64,000 bases of DNA from Camelus ferus. Lineage: Eukaryota. Shown one piece after another: positions 38,853-51,755 of the stretch. The notes under the pieces are model-generated. The model searched no databases. It was not told the DNA's origin and worked only from the letters and a program-made list of their open reading frames with translations. The stretch lies in assembly GCF_009834535.1 (NCBI RefSeq), contig NC_045696.1, positions 74,030,001 to 74,094,000 of the forward strand. The letters run 5' to 3'. The number at the start of each line of letters is the position of its first letter. The first letter of the stretch is position 1. Position numbers and translations under genes: made by a program.

Positions 38853-40489
38853 CCTATTCCAAAATTGTTTCTTTCATATATAGCACAAAACTTGGAAGTT
38901 TTAATTAGATACTCAAGATAGCTGCCTAGGAATTAAAAAAATTTTTTAAGAAAATATTAATGTTTACTGTAATTACTTTTAAAGTTAGTGTATACTCCTA
39001 CTGAAGTTGGCCTGCTGTTAGCTTTTCCTGTACATTTCCATAGCTGAGTGGGAACTCTGTCCCTCATACATATTCTCTAAAATATCTGAAGCCCTATTTA
39101 GTTCATAAAACACAATATTGGCACTTACTAATAAGGGAATTCAGCCATGAATTCCCAAAACTAATTTATGAATCTAATATTTGAAAAACTGCTTAGTGAA
39201 CAAATTAATTATCTTTTTTTTTTTTTTTTCTAGTTTGTCTACCTTCTCCATCCATATTAAAGTTAGACCATCTGAAAGCAATATAGCTGAATGGTATTAT
39301 CACCACACTCTGGAGAAATAATTTTATGGAGTGAAGATTTAGTATCATGTATGCTCTCAATTTTATAGATGGCTCCTTGGTTGACAAAATTACACATTGA
39401 TTTATCCATTGTTTCTCATTTATAGATATATGCCATAAAATCTTCCTTAACATTAGTGCCAAGTGAAATTCTATCTCTGAAAAAATGACTTGCATGATTT
39501 CTTCTATCAAACAATGAAAAACTTGGCAATAAATTAACATTTCTAATACTGCCTTAATGCACTTCAGAGCTTTTCTCCTTTTGTTTTAGCTGCCAGGAAA
39601 TCCAGAGTAAATATTTCACTAACTTCTCTCAAGTTGGTATGACACCTATCACTCTCCTTTTATCAACTTGTTTGGTTTCTAATTGCATATGTGTGGCTTT
39701 TCTTAAGCACTTTTTGAAAATAAGGGGAATAGAAATCTTGCATACATGTATCAATGACAAACACTGTATTACTTTTTCAACTGAAGTTGTTTAGTACTTT
39801 AAACTGCTTTGAGAGCTTATTGATAGCTTCCGAAGTTCTCAGTAGGTCTTCCTTCCACGCAGTTCTTTTGAACTCTGTAGTCAGCAAAGTCTAGATTTGG
39901 TAATTGTAGTTATCAAATGAATTAGGTTGCAGCCTCACAAGCACAGCAGCTACTCAAGTTGTAGATTCAGAGTGGGATAGATCATGCTGATGCTACAAAC
40001 TAACAACATCTGTTTACAGAAGCATTTGGATCGAGATTTGTCTTTGTTCCTCGTTTAACATCCAAGTGCTGAGACTTTTCACAGAATTTAGTTTAATGGA
40101 TATAGCAGTGTGACGCTTAAAAAAAGTGATCTGCAGTGTCTGGAGACCAGCTGCAGAATACACAAGCCTTCAGAATGAACCTCAAAACTCCCTCACGCTT
40201 AGGCAGTCATTCCTCTTTTATGACAGTCAGTGCCAATTTGTATCATGCTGCATTAGAATTAAATGAACAAACAAAACAAATAAGCATAAAGTGTTAATAA
40301 TAATAAAAATAGTGATAGTGGTGGCATTTAGCTACTACCTTTTCTTTTCCTTTACCTAAAAAAAGGAAGTTACGCACAGATACATTTCCACGTAACTTGA
40401 AATTATATAAATTGGTTTTCTATAGTTAAAAAACTGACGTATTACAGGTGAGCCAAAAGTCTCTTTTTTTAACCTTATTATTATATAAC

Positions 40490-40991
40490 AAATTAGCCTT
40501 CTCTTTTGTATAATGAAATTACCACAATGTAATGGCTTAAATATTACAAATTTATCTTACAGTTCTGGAGGTCAGAAGTCGGAAATGGGTCTCACTGGGA
40601 TAAAACTAAGGTGTCAGCAGGGCTGTGTTCTTTTTGGAGGCTCTAGGGAAAAATCCATATCCTTACATTTTCCAGCTTCTAGGGGCCACCCTTACTCTGT
40701 GACTTGTGGCCCCATCCTCCATCTTCAAGACCAGCAATATCAAGCCAAATCTTTCTCATGCTACTATCTGTTTGGTTCTCTCTCTCCTGCCTCCCTCTTC
40801 CACTTTTAAGGACCTTTGTAATTACACTGGGCCCACTGGGTGGATAATCCATAATAATATCTGTATTTTAAGGTCATTTGATTAGCAACCTTAACGCATT
40901 CTATTATCTCAATTCCCCTTTGTTATGTAACCTAACATAGTCACAGGTTCTTGGAAAATGGACATTTTGGGGGCCCATTGTTTTGCCTACC
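40490..40991 (-). mobile_element. MaLR LTR (MLT1D-like)
   Basis: cttacagttctggaggtcagaagtc...aaggtgtcagcagggctgtgttc...gggcccattgttttgcctacc. Confidence 0.85.
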
Positions 40992-40999
40992 TTACTGCT

Positions 41000-43400
41000 A
41001 CCCATAAATCATTATTCAGTACCATCTCCTCAGAAATGAACTGTTATCCCTTTGGTATATTCCTTCTAGATTTTTTTTCGCATTTACCAAAATATATATG
41101 CATCCCTACAGATGTATAGTTTTATTTTTTGGTGTTTATCTACAACTTGCTTTGATCTGATAATCTGTCTTAGAAAAGATGTATTTAAATTCATTCTTAT
41201 TAATATATTTTTTATTTTAACTGCTACATATTACATAAGGTGGGGAGTCCCAGGTTTATGGTCCCTATTTCCCTTTTGATAGACATGTAAATAGTTTCAA
41301 AGTTTTCTTTATCACAATCCGTTATGAGCAACCTTGAGCACATCTTCTAGAGCATATGTGTAATTCTCTAGGTGAGACAATGGAACTGCTTGGATGTAAG
41401 ATGTGTGCCACTTTATATTTGAACAAACACAAAATTGTCCTCCTTAGGGCCTTTGCCAGTTTATGCTTTCAGTCAGCAGTGTATGATGCATTTTATGCAT
41501 CTTCACTAATATTTAATAGCAAAATTTAAATTTTTGTCATTTCAGTGTGTTGTTTTAATATACATTTCTATGATTACCATTGCTTTGGGGGTTCTTTCTT
41601 TCATGTGCATTGCCATTTATGTTTCCTTTTCTGTGAACTGCTCATATGATGGTGGAGGGAGCAGGTCTCTGTCTTTTTCTGATTGAGTTAAAGTTCTTTA
41701 TATATTCAAGTTACTAACCCTTAGACTATTATATATATTGTAAATATTTACCTCTCATTTTGTTACCATGTTTATGCTGTCTTTAAAAATACAGATTTTT
41801 TTTTAACTTTAGGGCTTCTGTTCTTGTGTTATACTGAAGAAGATCATCTCTACCTCAAAGTCAAAAACATATTTACCTGTATTTTTCTATCATATTTTTA
41901 CATTTGGGGGCATATTCTGAAGTTGGGAATTAACATGATTTGGGTTACTACCTTTATTTTATATTTCCTTATTTACATACATGACTCAGTTTCAGGATGC
42001 TCTGTTGTGTTCCATCGATCTATTTTGTTCCTGAACCAAGGCCATATTATATTAATTACTTTAATTTTAGAGCTTGTCTTGATTTCTAGCTGGTGTCGAT
42101 AGATACTACCTTTATTTGTATTAAAAATGATTATGGCTTTTCTTGTTCACTGTGCATTTTTAAAAACTTTGTCAAAAATTTGATGAAACTTCTTATGGTA
42201 TTTTGATTGGATTGCACTGAATCAATAAATTAATAGTCAATAAATCAATAATCAATAAATTAATCCTGGGAGTATTGATATCCTTCCAATAAACAAACTT
42301 CCTGCCTATAAATATGTTATATTCCCACTTAGCAAACTCTTTTATATATTTCAGAAAAGTTTTTCTTAGTTTTTTTCATAAATGTCTTGCATTTCCTGTT
42401 AGATTTCTTCTTGAGTACTTTGTGACTTCTCTTGCTATTGTGAATAAGCTTGTCTTTTGATTCTCTTCTATTTCCTAAATTGACTGTTACACTGTTTGCA
42501 GAAATTGACAGTTTGTCTTTACTTTCCAATCTTTACATCCCTTATGCCTCTTCAGTTATTATTCACTCATTCTTGCTCCAGATCTTACTGCATTAGCTGG
42601 AGCTTATATTGCAATGTTGAAGAGTTGAATGGTTGTGTCATCCTGGTCTTATTCCTGGCATTAATGGAATGCCTTCTAAAATTTCACTATAAAATGAACG
42701 TTTGCTGAAATTTCTGATGGTTACCCTATATAAAATTAGAAATTTACTTTCCATTCTTAGTTAACTAAGGGTTTTAAAATATGATTCTGATTTCGGATAT
42801 TGGATTCTATCAATTTTTAAAAATATCTATTTATATTATATAATTTTCTCCTTTAGATTGTTAATATAGTATATTACATGATCAATTCTGTTATGTTAAA
42901 TTATTCTTGCATTTATTGGATAAAACCTACTTGGTTATTATTTATGATTATTTTTACTGGCTGTTGTATTCAGTTTGTTAATATTTGATTTCAGAAGTTT
43001 GCATCTACATTTATGACATTTGTCTTTCTTTGTGCTGTCTTCATTTAATAGGTATTAGAATCTATATCTATTTGATAGTAGAATGATGCTTGTCTCAGAA
43101 ATGAATTGGGGAGCGTCTCATCTTTTTCTGTGCTTCAAAACAGCTTGTCTTTTTTTTTTAGGTTTTGTAAAACTCACCCAATCTGGGCCTGCTACCTTGT
43201 TTTGGGAGTATATTAGCTACTTTTATGTTTGTTGGTCCAGTTTTTCTTCATAAACTGACTCCTTATTCTGCCAATTTTAGTCTTTTTGTTTGTTTGTTTT
43301 CCTGGAGAGGAGAACACAGAGTGAAAACTGCATTTTATCTAACTTGTAAAATATATTAGTATAAAGTTGACTATATCTGTCTCTGCAGTTTTGCCTCCAT
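41000..43400 (-). mobile_element. Old L1ME-like element, degenerate
   Basis: Antisense L1 motifs such as ggtattttgattggattgcactgaatc, ttcttgcatttattggataaaacctacttggtt, cagaaatgaattgggga. Confidence 0.7.
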
Positions 43401-43404
43401 TTTA

Positions 43405-43736
43405 AATTTTTTTTTTCATTATCATTATATTTGTTTTACTTATTTATTCATTTATTGCAGTGTGGTTGACTTACAATGTTAGTTTCAGGTATACAGCAAA
43501 GCAATTCAGTTATACATATATATATTTTTTCAGATTCTTTTCCATTATATGTTATTACAAAAAATTGAATATAGTACACTGTGCTAAGCAGTAGGTCCTT
43601 GTTGTTTATCTATTTTATATATATTTATGTATATCTGTTAATTCCAAACTCCTAATTTATCTCTCCCCCACCCTATCACCTTTGGTAAACACAGTTTGTT
43701 TTCTATGTCTGTGAGTCTATTTTTGGTTTGTAAATA
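43405..43736 (-). mobile_element. L1 3'UTR and tail
   Basis: gttgacttacaatgttagtttcaggtatacagcaaag...gtaggtccttgttgtttatctattttatat. Confidence 0.9.
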
Positions 43737-44990
43737 GATCATCTCAATAGATGCAGAAAAAGCTTTTCATAAAATTCAACATCCATTTATGATAAAAACT
43801 CTCCAGAGAGTGGACATAAAGGGGACATACCTCAACATAATAAAGGCTGTATATGACAAATCCACAGCTAACATCTTACTCAATGGTGGAAAGCTGAAAG
43901 CAATTCCTCTTAAGATCAGGAACAAGACAAGGATGCCCACTGTCACCACTTTTATTCTATTCAACATAGTTTTGGAAGTCCTAGCCACAGTAATCAGAAA
44001 AGAAAAGAAAAGAAAAAAAGTAATCCAAATTGGAAAAGAAGAAGTAAAACTGTCATTATTTGCCAATGACATGATACTATACATAGGAAATCCTAAAGAC
44101 ACTACCAGAAAACTGCTAGAGCTCATCAATGAATTTGGTAAAATTGCAGGATAAAAAATTAACATATAGAAATCAGTTGCATTTCTATACACTAACAAGA
44201 AAATATCAGATAAAGAAATTAAGGAAACAGTCCCATTTACCATCATTTCAAAAGAACAAAATACCTAGGAATAAACCTACCTAAGAAGGAAAAGACCTGT
44301 ACTCTGAAAACTATAAGATACTAATGAAAGACACTGAAGATGACACAAACAGATGGAAAGATATAGCATGTTCTTGGATTGGAGGAATCAATATCATTAA
44401 AGTGGCCATAATACCCAAGGCAATATACAGATTCAGTGCAATCCCTATCAAATTACCAATGACATTTTTCACAGAAATGGAACAAAAAAATGTTAAAAAT
44501 TTGTATGAAAACACAAAAGACCCTGAATAGATGAAATAATCTTGAGAAAGAAGAATAGAGCTAGGGGAATCATGCCCCTGACTTCAGACTATACTGCAAA
44601 GCTACAGTAATCAAAAGAGTATGGTACTGGCACAAAAACAGACACATAGAGCAATGGAATAGGATAGAAAGTCCAGAAATAAACCCACACACTTATGACA
44701 AAGGAGGGCAAGAATATACAGTGGAAAAAAGACAGTCTCTTCAATAAGTGGTGCTGGGAAAACTGGACAGCTACATGTAACAGGATGAAATTAGAGCATT
44801 CTCTAACACCATATACAAAAATAAACTCAAAATGGATTAAAGACCTAAATGAAAGATGATACTGTAAAACTCCTAGAGGAAAACATAGACAGAGCATTCT
44901 TTGACATAAATTTCAGCAAGATTTTTTTCAAACCAGCTCCTAGAGTAATGGAAATAAAAGCAAAAATAAACAAATGGGATCTAATTAAAC
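43737..44990 (+). mobile_element. L1 ORF2 fragment (RT domain to C-terminus), opposite orientation to the adjacent 3'UTR
   Basis: Peptides [13 protein letters not shown]...[10 protein letters not shown]...[21 protein letters not shown] and [11 protein letters not shown]; the FADD motif reads FAND and there is a stop at 44152. Confidence 0.95.
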
Positions 44991-45179
44991 CCTGTTTAAA
45001 ATCTTGATCTTGTTTACTTGTGCCCTTTATAAATTTTTGTGGTCAGTCTTATCTGAATTTTATCTATTGTATTTTTTTGGTTTTTTATTTTGTAAGACAA
45101 CTTTTTGTTCTGTTATTTGTATCTATTGTGAATTGAAGGAAAACAAAGTAGAACTGGACAGAAGGAGAAAAAGAACTGT

Positions 45180-45448
45180 TGTGTAGGCTAAGCAAAGCCT
45201 TGGCCAGGAGCTCTGATGTGGGAACTGCCCATCAGAGTTGTCTTCAGTGGGTCAAATAGTTCTTTATACCCCACCTCCTTCAGGTACAGGCTACTCTGGG
45301 AAAGTTGGATATAGGGGCTTTTTGTAGCTGAGGTAGACCCTGAAGCAGCTGGCAACTGGAGGCTGCCTTCTGACCACACTTCTTTTCTGTCCCTGGGCAG
45401 AAAGTCTTTCCTTGAAGGGAGATCTGGTGGTGAATCTCCATGTCTAAT
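45180..45448 (-). mobile_element. ERVL LTR fragment (LTR16-like)
   Basis: agctgaggtagaccctgaag...ttccttgaagggagatctgg matches recalled LTR16 5' region in reverse. Confidence 0.65.
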
Positions 45449-45805
45449 ACTTGGTTTATTTTGTCCTTTCATGTTTATTCAATCAAAAGCTTATGTCATT
45501 TACTTTCAGTTCTTCTTAGGTTAATAATAAATGTGTTTTGGCTTATTAATGTCCCTCTGAATATTACCTTGGCTGCATCCCACAGATTTCAATATGCAAT
45601 GACTTAATTGTTCATTCTACACAGCTCGTAATTTTTATTTATCTTTACTCTTAAACTTGAAAAATTATTTTGTATTATGTTTTAAATCTCTAAATTATAG
45701 CTGTAAGAAATCATGATCATAGAAATTTTCAAATTTGGCCTATTAATGCAATATAAATTTATAATGTAAGCCATTGTTAATAGATCTTTTCTGTGGAGAG
45801 AGGAG

Positions 45806-45897
45806 ATATACACACACACACACACACGCATATATATGTACACACACACATAAACATACATATAGTTACATGTGTATATACATACATGTGTATATAT
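45806..45897. repeat. Compound (CA)n/(TA)n microsatellite
   Basis: Alternating purine-pyrimidine tract seen directly. Confidence 0.9.
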
Positions 45898-46039
45898 TAC
45901 TTTATATTTCTCTTATGCATCCTCCTCCTCTGCCTGGTCAGCAACTTCCTCTTCTTCCTCCTGAAAATAAAATAATTATCAGTTCATACTAATTCTCTGA
46001 ATTCAAAATCAGGACCACAGAGTCACAGAAATTTTACTT

Positions 46040-46214
46040 ATATATTTATTTATTTATTTAATATTATATTTATTTTTTGTTTGTTTGCTTTTGTTTTGGG
46101 AGAAAGTAATTAGGTTTATTTGTTTACTTATTTATTTTAATGGGGGTACTGAGGATTGAACCCAGGGCCTCATGCATGCTAAGCATGCACTCTACTACTG
46201 AGCTGTACCCTCTC
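46040..46214 (-). mobile_element. tRNA-derived SINE (vic-1-like, camelid)
   Basis: ggggtactgaggattgaacccagggcctcatgcatgctaagcatgcactctactactgagctgtaccc preceded by a T-rich tail; same family as 10490-10582. Confidence 0.85.
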
Positions 46215-46646
46215 AAAGAGTTTTTAATTAATCTCTTCTATCGTGCATTTGTATTCTTTTTTACTCTCTCACAGAGAATTCCAGATCTGAAGGACACCAG
46301 GAATGCCAGAGTCAGTGATTGATTCTGGCACTCCCACACAAGACACTTCCTATTGAGAGTAGCTTTTTACTAGTGCAGGAGCATCTCTACATCTCAGAAA
46401 ATTACTTACTTTTAGTGAGTGCCTGCATTGCAGGAAAAGGCCTAGCTCCCTCTGAGTGTCAAAGGGTTGAGAAACACCCATTAGCTCAAGAGGGAGAGAA
46501 AAGAGGTCAGAGTTGATGGAATGTTCTTGTTCTATAAAGACAGACTGCACTCAGCAGCTCTCTTGTTTCTGTTGATCCCCAAAGATTGACATTTACCAAC
46601 TCTCCATTTAAATGAAAAACATTTCCTTACTGCATTGACCCTAATA

Positions 46647-47707
46647 CAGTCTAATCTCCATGTTAGTAATCTTCTGTAAAGTTGTGACAAACACTGAATT
46701 ATCGAACACTGAGCTATTACTCCCGTTGGAAATACAGGGTTAGATTTCCATGAGCCTTCAGTCACAGCATTTTCATCAACCAAAATGCCATTGAAATGCC
46801 GTTTGCATTACATAGGTCATTTGCCAGCGTCCTTGTAAAACAAGTCAGTCCTGTTGGCATAGAAAACCTGCTTTTCCACATAACCCTTTTCCTTTATAAC
46901 ACATAGCAGGTATTTTAAAAATTCTTCCACAACTTCCTGTTCTGCAGAACCTAACCTTACCTGCAAATTTAACATCTTTCACCCTGTATTTCCTTTAGAA
47001 ACATGCAAGCAGCCAGCACTAGCTAAGAAGGGTTTAACATTTTCCTTACCCGAGATAACATAACCATAAATTTCTTTGACTTTCAGCCTCACAACAGTAC
47101 TGTCTGCTGTGCTTTTTAAATTGATTGTCATCTGATAAATTGACAGACTTAGCCATTTTTCCATCTTATCCACAGCTCCGTCACACACTATAGATGTTAC
47201 TTTAGCACTTCCAGGATGGCTTCGTGTACAGATCAGTAAATTTCCTATTTTTTTTTTCTAGATGTGTCATTTTATTGATTCATTAGCATTGAACTCTTGG
47301 CCAAGCAGCACTATAACTCCCAGCTGATGGAAGCTTATCTAACATGTATTTTCTTCATAAGGCACGTCACAGCCTTTTCACACTTCAGAACACTAGGTAG
47401 CATTTCAGCACTATGCTTGGGGGCCATTTTATACAGCAGAATCATGAAGAAAAAGCTCAAAGATGCAAAAAACATGGCGCTAAATAGACCACAAAAAAGG
47501 ACAGTTGTTTATAGTATTAGAGGAGACAAGGAGACAGGAAGGTAAATGTTTCCTTGTATGACCTCAGCTGGGAAAATTATTCTCTATTCTGTGCATGTTC
47601 ATGAATGACCATGAGAGAATCTGAGCATTGATTTTGAGGCTGCAAATAAATTTTAATGAGTAGGTGAATTTGCAGGTATGGAATTTGTGAATAATGAGGA
47701 GCGACTG
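46647..47707 (-). mobile_element. Tigger/pogo DNA transposon (MER82/Tigger17-like), internally deleted, with transposase remnant
   Basis: TA|CAGT...ACTG|TA termini; MER82-like ends; minus-strand peptide KMEKWLSLSI...VVRLKVKEIY...PFLASAG at 46979-47188 resembles the CENP-B-type HTH of Tigger transposases. Confidence 0.85.
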
Positions 47708-48492
47708 TAGTTGTGCAGATGATGGCAGAGGAATAATCTATATTCTTTCCATGCCAGTAGGGTTATTATATAAACCTTTCACCACAGACTGCCATCGTTC
47801 TTTGTGTACAGAATGTCCTTAGAAGATTGTTATACAAGGTAGCTAACGTCAAATTTTTAACATCACTTGGTATAGGTTAAGGAAAAGGTTTACTGGGAAA
47901 TTTAGGACCCAAGAGCCAGTGTGAAGGAGCACACAGACCCCTATCTAGAAAAGCAAGCTGAGGCCAGGGGCACAATGTAGGAAGGTAACATTCTAGGCTA
48001 GGAAGACTTCCTCCTTAGAGGAAAAGCATGAAAGCAATCTTCTCAGTTGAGAGTAGGGTGGAGGAGGTGCAGATCTGGGATGCCAGGCAGCCTGAATTTA
48101 GTTATTTTCAGGAGATTTCTGTGAGTTTGACTGCCCTAGACCCAGAGAGCTTACAGCGGGTGGTAAGTTTCAGACCCTTCTGCTTGAGGGAAGGGAGTCA
48201 CAAGTTTGGAGAGTTGAGTGCAGGCACAACCCTTCCCACTGGAAGAATACAGGAATCTGAGGTCCTCACTAAGGTTTCTGGACAATGCAGAGTGAGCTTC
48301 CATGTCAGTCTAAGTCAAATCTCATAGCACCATGGTGGTAGTTGTATTATTGTTTGTGTTAATCTCACTTCCAGGTTGGAAAGAATCCAATCATTATACT
48401 TGAGTGTAATTTTCTATTATATTGCCCCCTCTTTTCTTTCTAGAGACCAGGATTAATTGATTACAAGCAACCCTGACCAAAAATATTACTTT

Positions 48493-49127
48493 TTAAAAAT
48501 TGAAGTATATTCAGTTACAATATATCAATTTCTGGTGTACAGCATAATGTTTCAGTGATATACACACACATATATATATTATATATATTCATTTTAATAT
48601 TCTTTTTCATTATAGGTTACTACATGATATTGAATATAGTTTCCTGTGTTATGCATAAGAAATTTTTTTTCATCTATTTTAGGTATCGTAGTTAGTATTT
48701 GTAAATCTTGAACTCTCAATTTATCCCTTCTCACCCCCATTCTCCCGGTAACCATAAGCTTGTTTACTATGTCTGTGAGTCTGTTTCTGTTTTGTAGAAA
48801 AGTTCATCAGTATCTTCTTTTTTGTTTGTTTGTTCGTTTTGTTTTTTAGATTCCACAGAAGAGTGATAGCATATGGTATTTTTCTTTCTCTTTTTGGCTT
48901 ACTTCACTTAGAATGATGATCTCCAGGATCTGTCCATGTTGCTGCAAATGACATTATTTTATTCTTTTTTATGGCTGAGTAATACTCCATTGTATAAATA
49001 TACCACACCTTCTTTATCCAGTCCTCTGTTGATGGACATTTAAGTTGTTTCTATGTCTTGGCTATTGAATATAGTGCTGCTATGAACTTTGGGGTGCATG
49101 TATCTTTTCTAATTTGAGTTCCCTCTG
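48493..49127 (-). mobile_element. 5'-truncated L1 3' end with perfect 14 bp TSD
   Basis: TSD aaaaatattacttt at 48479-48492 and 49128-49141; L1 3'UTR text between them. Confidence 0.93.
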
Positions 49128-49874
49128 AAAAATATTACTTTATATTGAGTACTCTGTATTCAAAATTGTTGGAGAGTGTAGTAGAACATTATCAAGTTTG
49201 TACTAGTTAAGTTAGCTATAAAAGTTAGTTGTATAACATATATTACTTCCTTTAAAAATTAAATCCATACAAATTAATCTTTTTCCCTCCCTTCAAAAAA
49301 AGACACATCTATTCAGTTGGAAGATCAGCTAAAGAAATCCTCAAATTAAAATAAAATCTAATTTATCTAATTTTGGTGTAATACACATTTCTGCCATCTT
49401 TACATTCTTTAGCTTTAATTGTAAAGGCTTTAATATTTTAAAAGTTTAAATTTTTCAAATAGCCTTTCCAATTTGTAGTTATATATCTCTTAAAAAGCAT
49501 ACTTTATTAGAGATTTTGGGAGGGCTGGCCAGCACTTCTTTTCATTTAGAAGTCACAGATCCCATAGCTTCAAACCAAGATACAAAATAATCTTCAAAGA
49601 ATTATCTCCCCAAACTTCAGCCTTAAAGAATAATTGTTGGATAACCATTGTTAAACATATAATGCCATGCATTTCTGTGTTATAGGAAGATTTTCTACCT
49701 TTACCCATTTTTGTACTCTTATTTAATATCACCTTTCTAAAAACAAGCTTAAGCCTAACACACATAAAAGTGATATAAAATATAAGTCGATTTATAACAT
49801 GAGACCAACAGAGCCGTTGTTTCAAGATCATTTCAGTTCAGTATAATTGGGAACAAAGGTCCGTCCTGAAAGTT

Positions 49875-49921
49875 AAAAACCAAAACCAAAACCAAACCAA
49901 AACCAAAAACAAAAACAAAAA
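49875..49921. repeat. (AAAACC/AAAAAC)n simple repeat
   Basis: Seen directly. Confidence 0.9.
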
Positions 49922-50545
49922 TGTAGCCTTAAAAATTCTTACAAGCGTATCCCAAATTCGAATCTTTCTACCCTGGTTTGTTTTACAAAGAGGTTTCAGA
50001 AATACATCACTGTAGTTTTGCTAATGGATATGTTGTTCCCATTTCAAAGTAATGAATCCCTGAAGATTAATTTGAAACCAGTTGGCTCTCTTTTGTACAT
50101 TCATAGTCTCAAAGGCTAGAGTTTGTTATTTGCAAGGAGAAAGATTTGAACTACCACATTTAAAAAAAAAAAGTTTTTTTTTTTTCTTTAGAGCTTAAGG
50201 CTTTGTCTTATAATTAGCATTGTACTTAAGAGTTTCAAAACTTTTTACTTTAAAACACTTTACTTGGAACCAACATTTTTTTTTTTTTAGGCTGTTTCTT
50301 CTGAGAGGATCAATAAAAGCACAGCATTGCCCCACTCTCACCTCTTAAACCTTTTGGCATTCATTCAGTTTCCCTTGTTTTTTAGCCTTTTATTGCTGAC
50401 AATTCTTAGAGATTTCTTCTATATTCCCTTGTCAGAGAGGCAAGCCATCTTATGAGGTGTCTCACTCTCTTTAGCCACCTTCTCATTTTGATGTCCTTGA
50501 TTAGGACAGTCCAGTGATCCAGATGCAAGGTTTGCATCAGCTGCT

Positions 50546-50644
50546 GAATATAAAAAGGAATATATATGTATATATATTATTTAAATCACTATGTTGTACA
50601 CCAGAAATTAACACAGTAAATTGAATATATGTCAATTTAAAAAA
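50546..50644 (+). mobile_element. Short L1 3' tail
   Basis: aaaaaggaatatata...aatcactatgttgtacaccagaaattaacac...caatttaaaaaa. Confidence 0.8.
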
Positions 50645-51319
50645 TCTAGTTTAAAGTTTTTTCCATCAGTAGGGCTGACGAGTAGAATAGATGAGACATC
50701 ATGGAATGGAAGAAATACTTGACTTACTATCCACATCAGCAAAGCACATGGAGAAACAATAGATATGCCCTGTTCCCAGAAAATATCTTGAGCTTGCAGA
50801 CTGAAATGAGCTCTACTATAATACATGATCCAAAATTCATCCTTTAGGGTCTAATCATTGTTTTTGGCACAAAAGCCTCCAAACCTCTCTCCAGACCTTT
50901 GTCAAAAGGTGATAATAACTAGACTATGTATAGTGCCACCTCTCGTTATAAATTTACTTGCGTGTGGTTTTGCCCATCATAATGCTAGTGGCATGGCGCA
51001 GATCTCTGTTACCAAGAAAACTAAATGTGGACCTTGAGAATTTCAGCCCCAGCTGCTCCATGGGGTTTAAAAGTGTTCTTGGGGCACCTTCATTTTCTGG
51101 TCATGCATTTGTTAAGTGTTCTTCAGCTTCTCCCTCTTTTTTATTTTTAATTTATTCTTTCACAAGATCTTGCTGACCTATACGTGTTCCTCTGAATTCA
51201 CTGACTTTACACATTCCATTTCTTCTAACTAACTCTAATGCTTTTACCTCCTCCACTCTCATGGATTTTTTTCCCCTCTGAATTCTCCCTCTGATCAGTA
51301 TTGCCCATTTGACATAACT

Positions 51320-51755
51320 GATGAGGTAAGTGCTTTTGTAGAAATGTGTAGGAATTGCTATGTGGAATCAGAGGGAGGAATTATTGATTTCACAAGCAGA
51401 AAGATTTCCTAGAGGAGTTAGAATTTGAGGACATTTGAGGAATGCACAGAATAGGAGGTTGGGAAGGGCATTTAGACTATGAGAACAGCTTGCGCAAAGA
51501 GTTAAGAGTTGTGCAGCGTATCAGAAAAACAGGACAGATTGGAGGAGGGAGGGCAGGAGAGATACTGAAGGGCCTTGATCTCATGCTAAAGACTGTAAAC
51601 TTCATCATATGGGATCTGGCAAGCAAGTGGTGTAGTTAAGTGGTATACTTTGACTCGTAAAATATGTGTATTAGAAACGGTATTTCCTGGCAGAAAGAGG
51701 AAAGAATGGATGGGAGAAGGGGAGAGGCTAGAGGTACGGAAATGAGTTAGGAGGG
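51320..51755 (-). mobile_element. L2 fragment
   Basis: gagaacagcttgcgcaaag...gaagggccttga...tggatgggagaaggggagaggctagagg...gttaggagg. Confidence 0.7.

Noticed and set aside
51299..51325. 27-nt microexon YCPFDITDE with GAG|GTAAGT donor
   Set aside because: The donor coincides with an antisense L2 motif (taagtgct...), so it is likely repeat-derived and fortuitous
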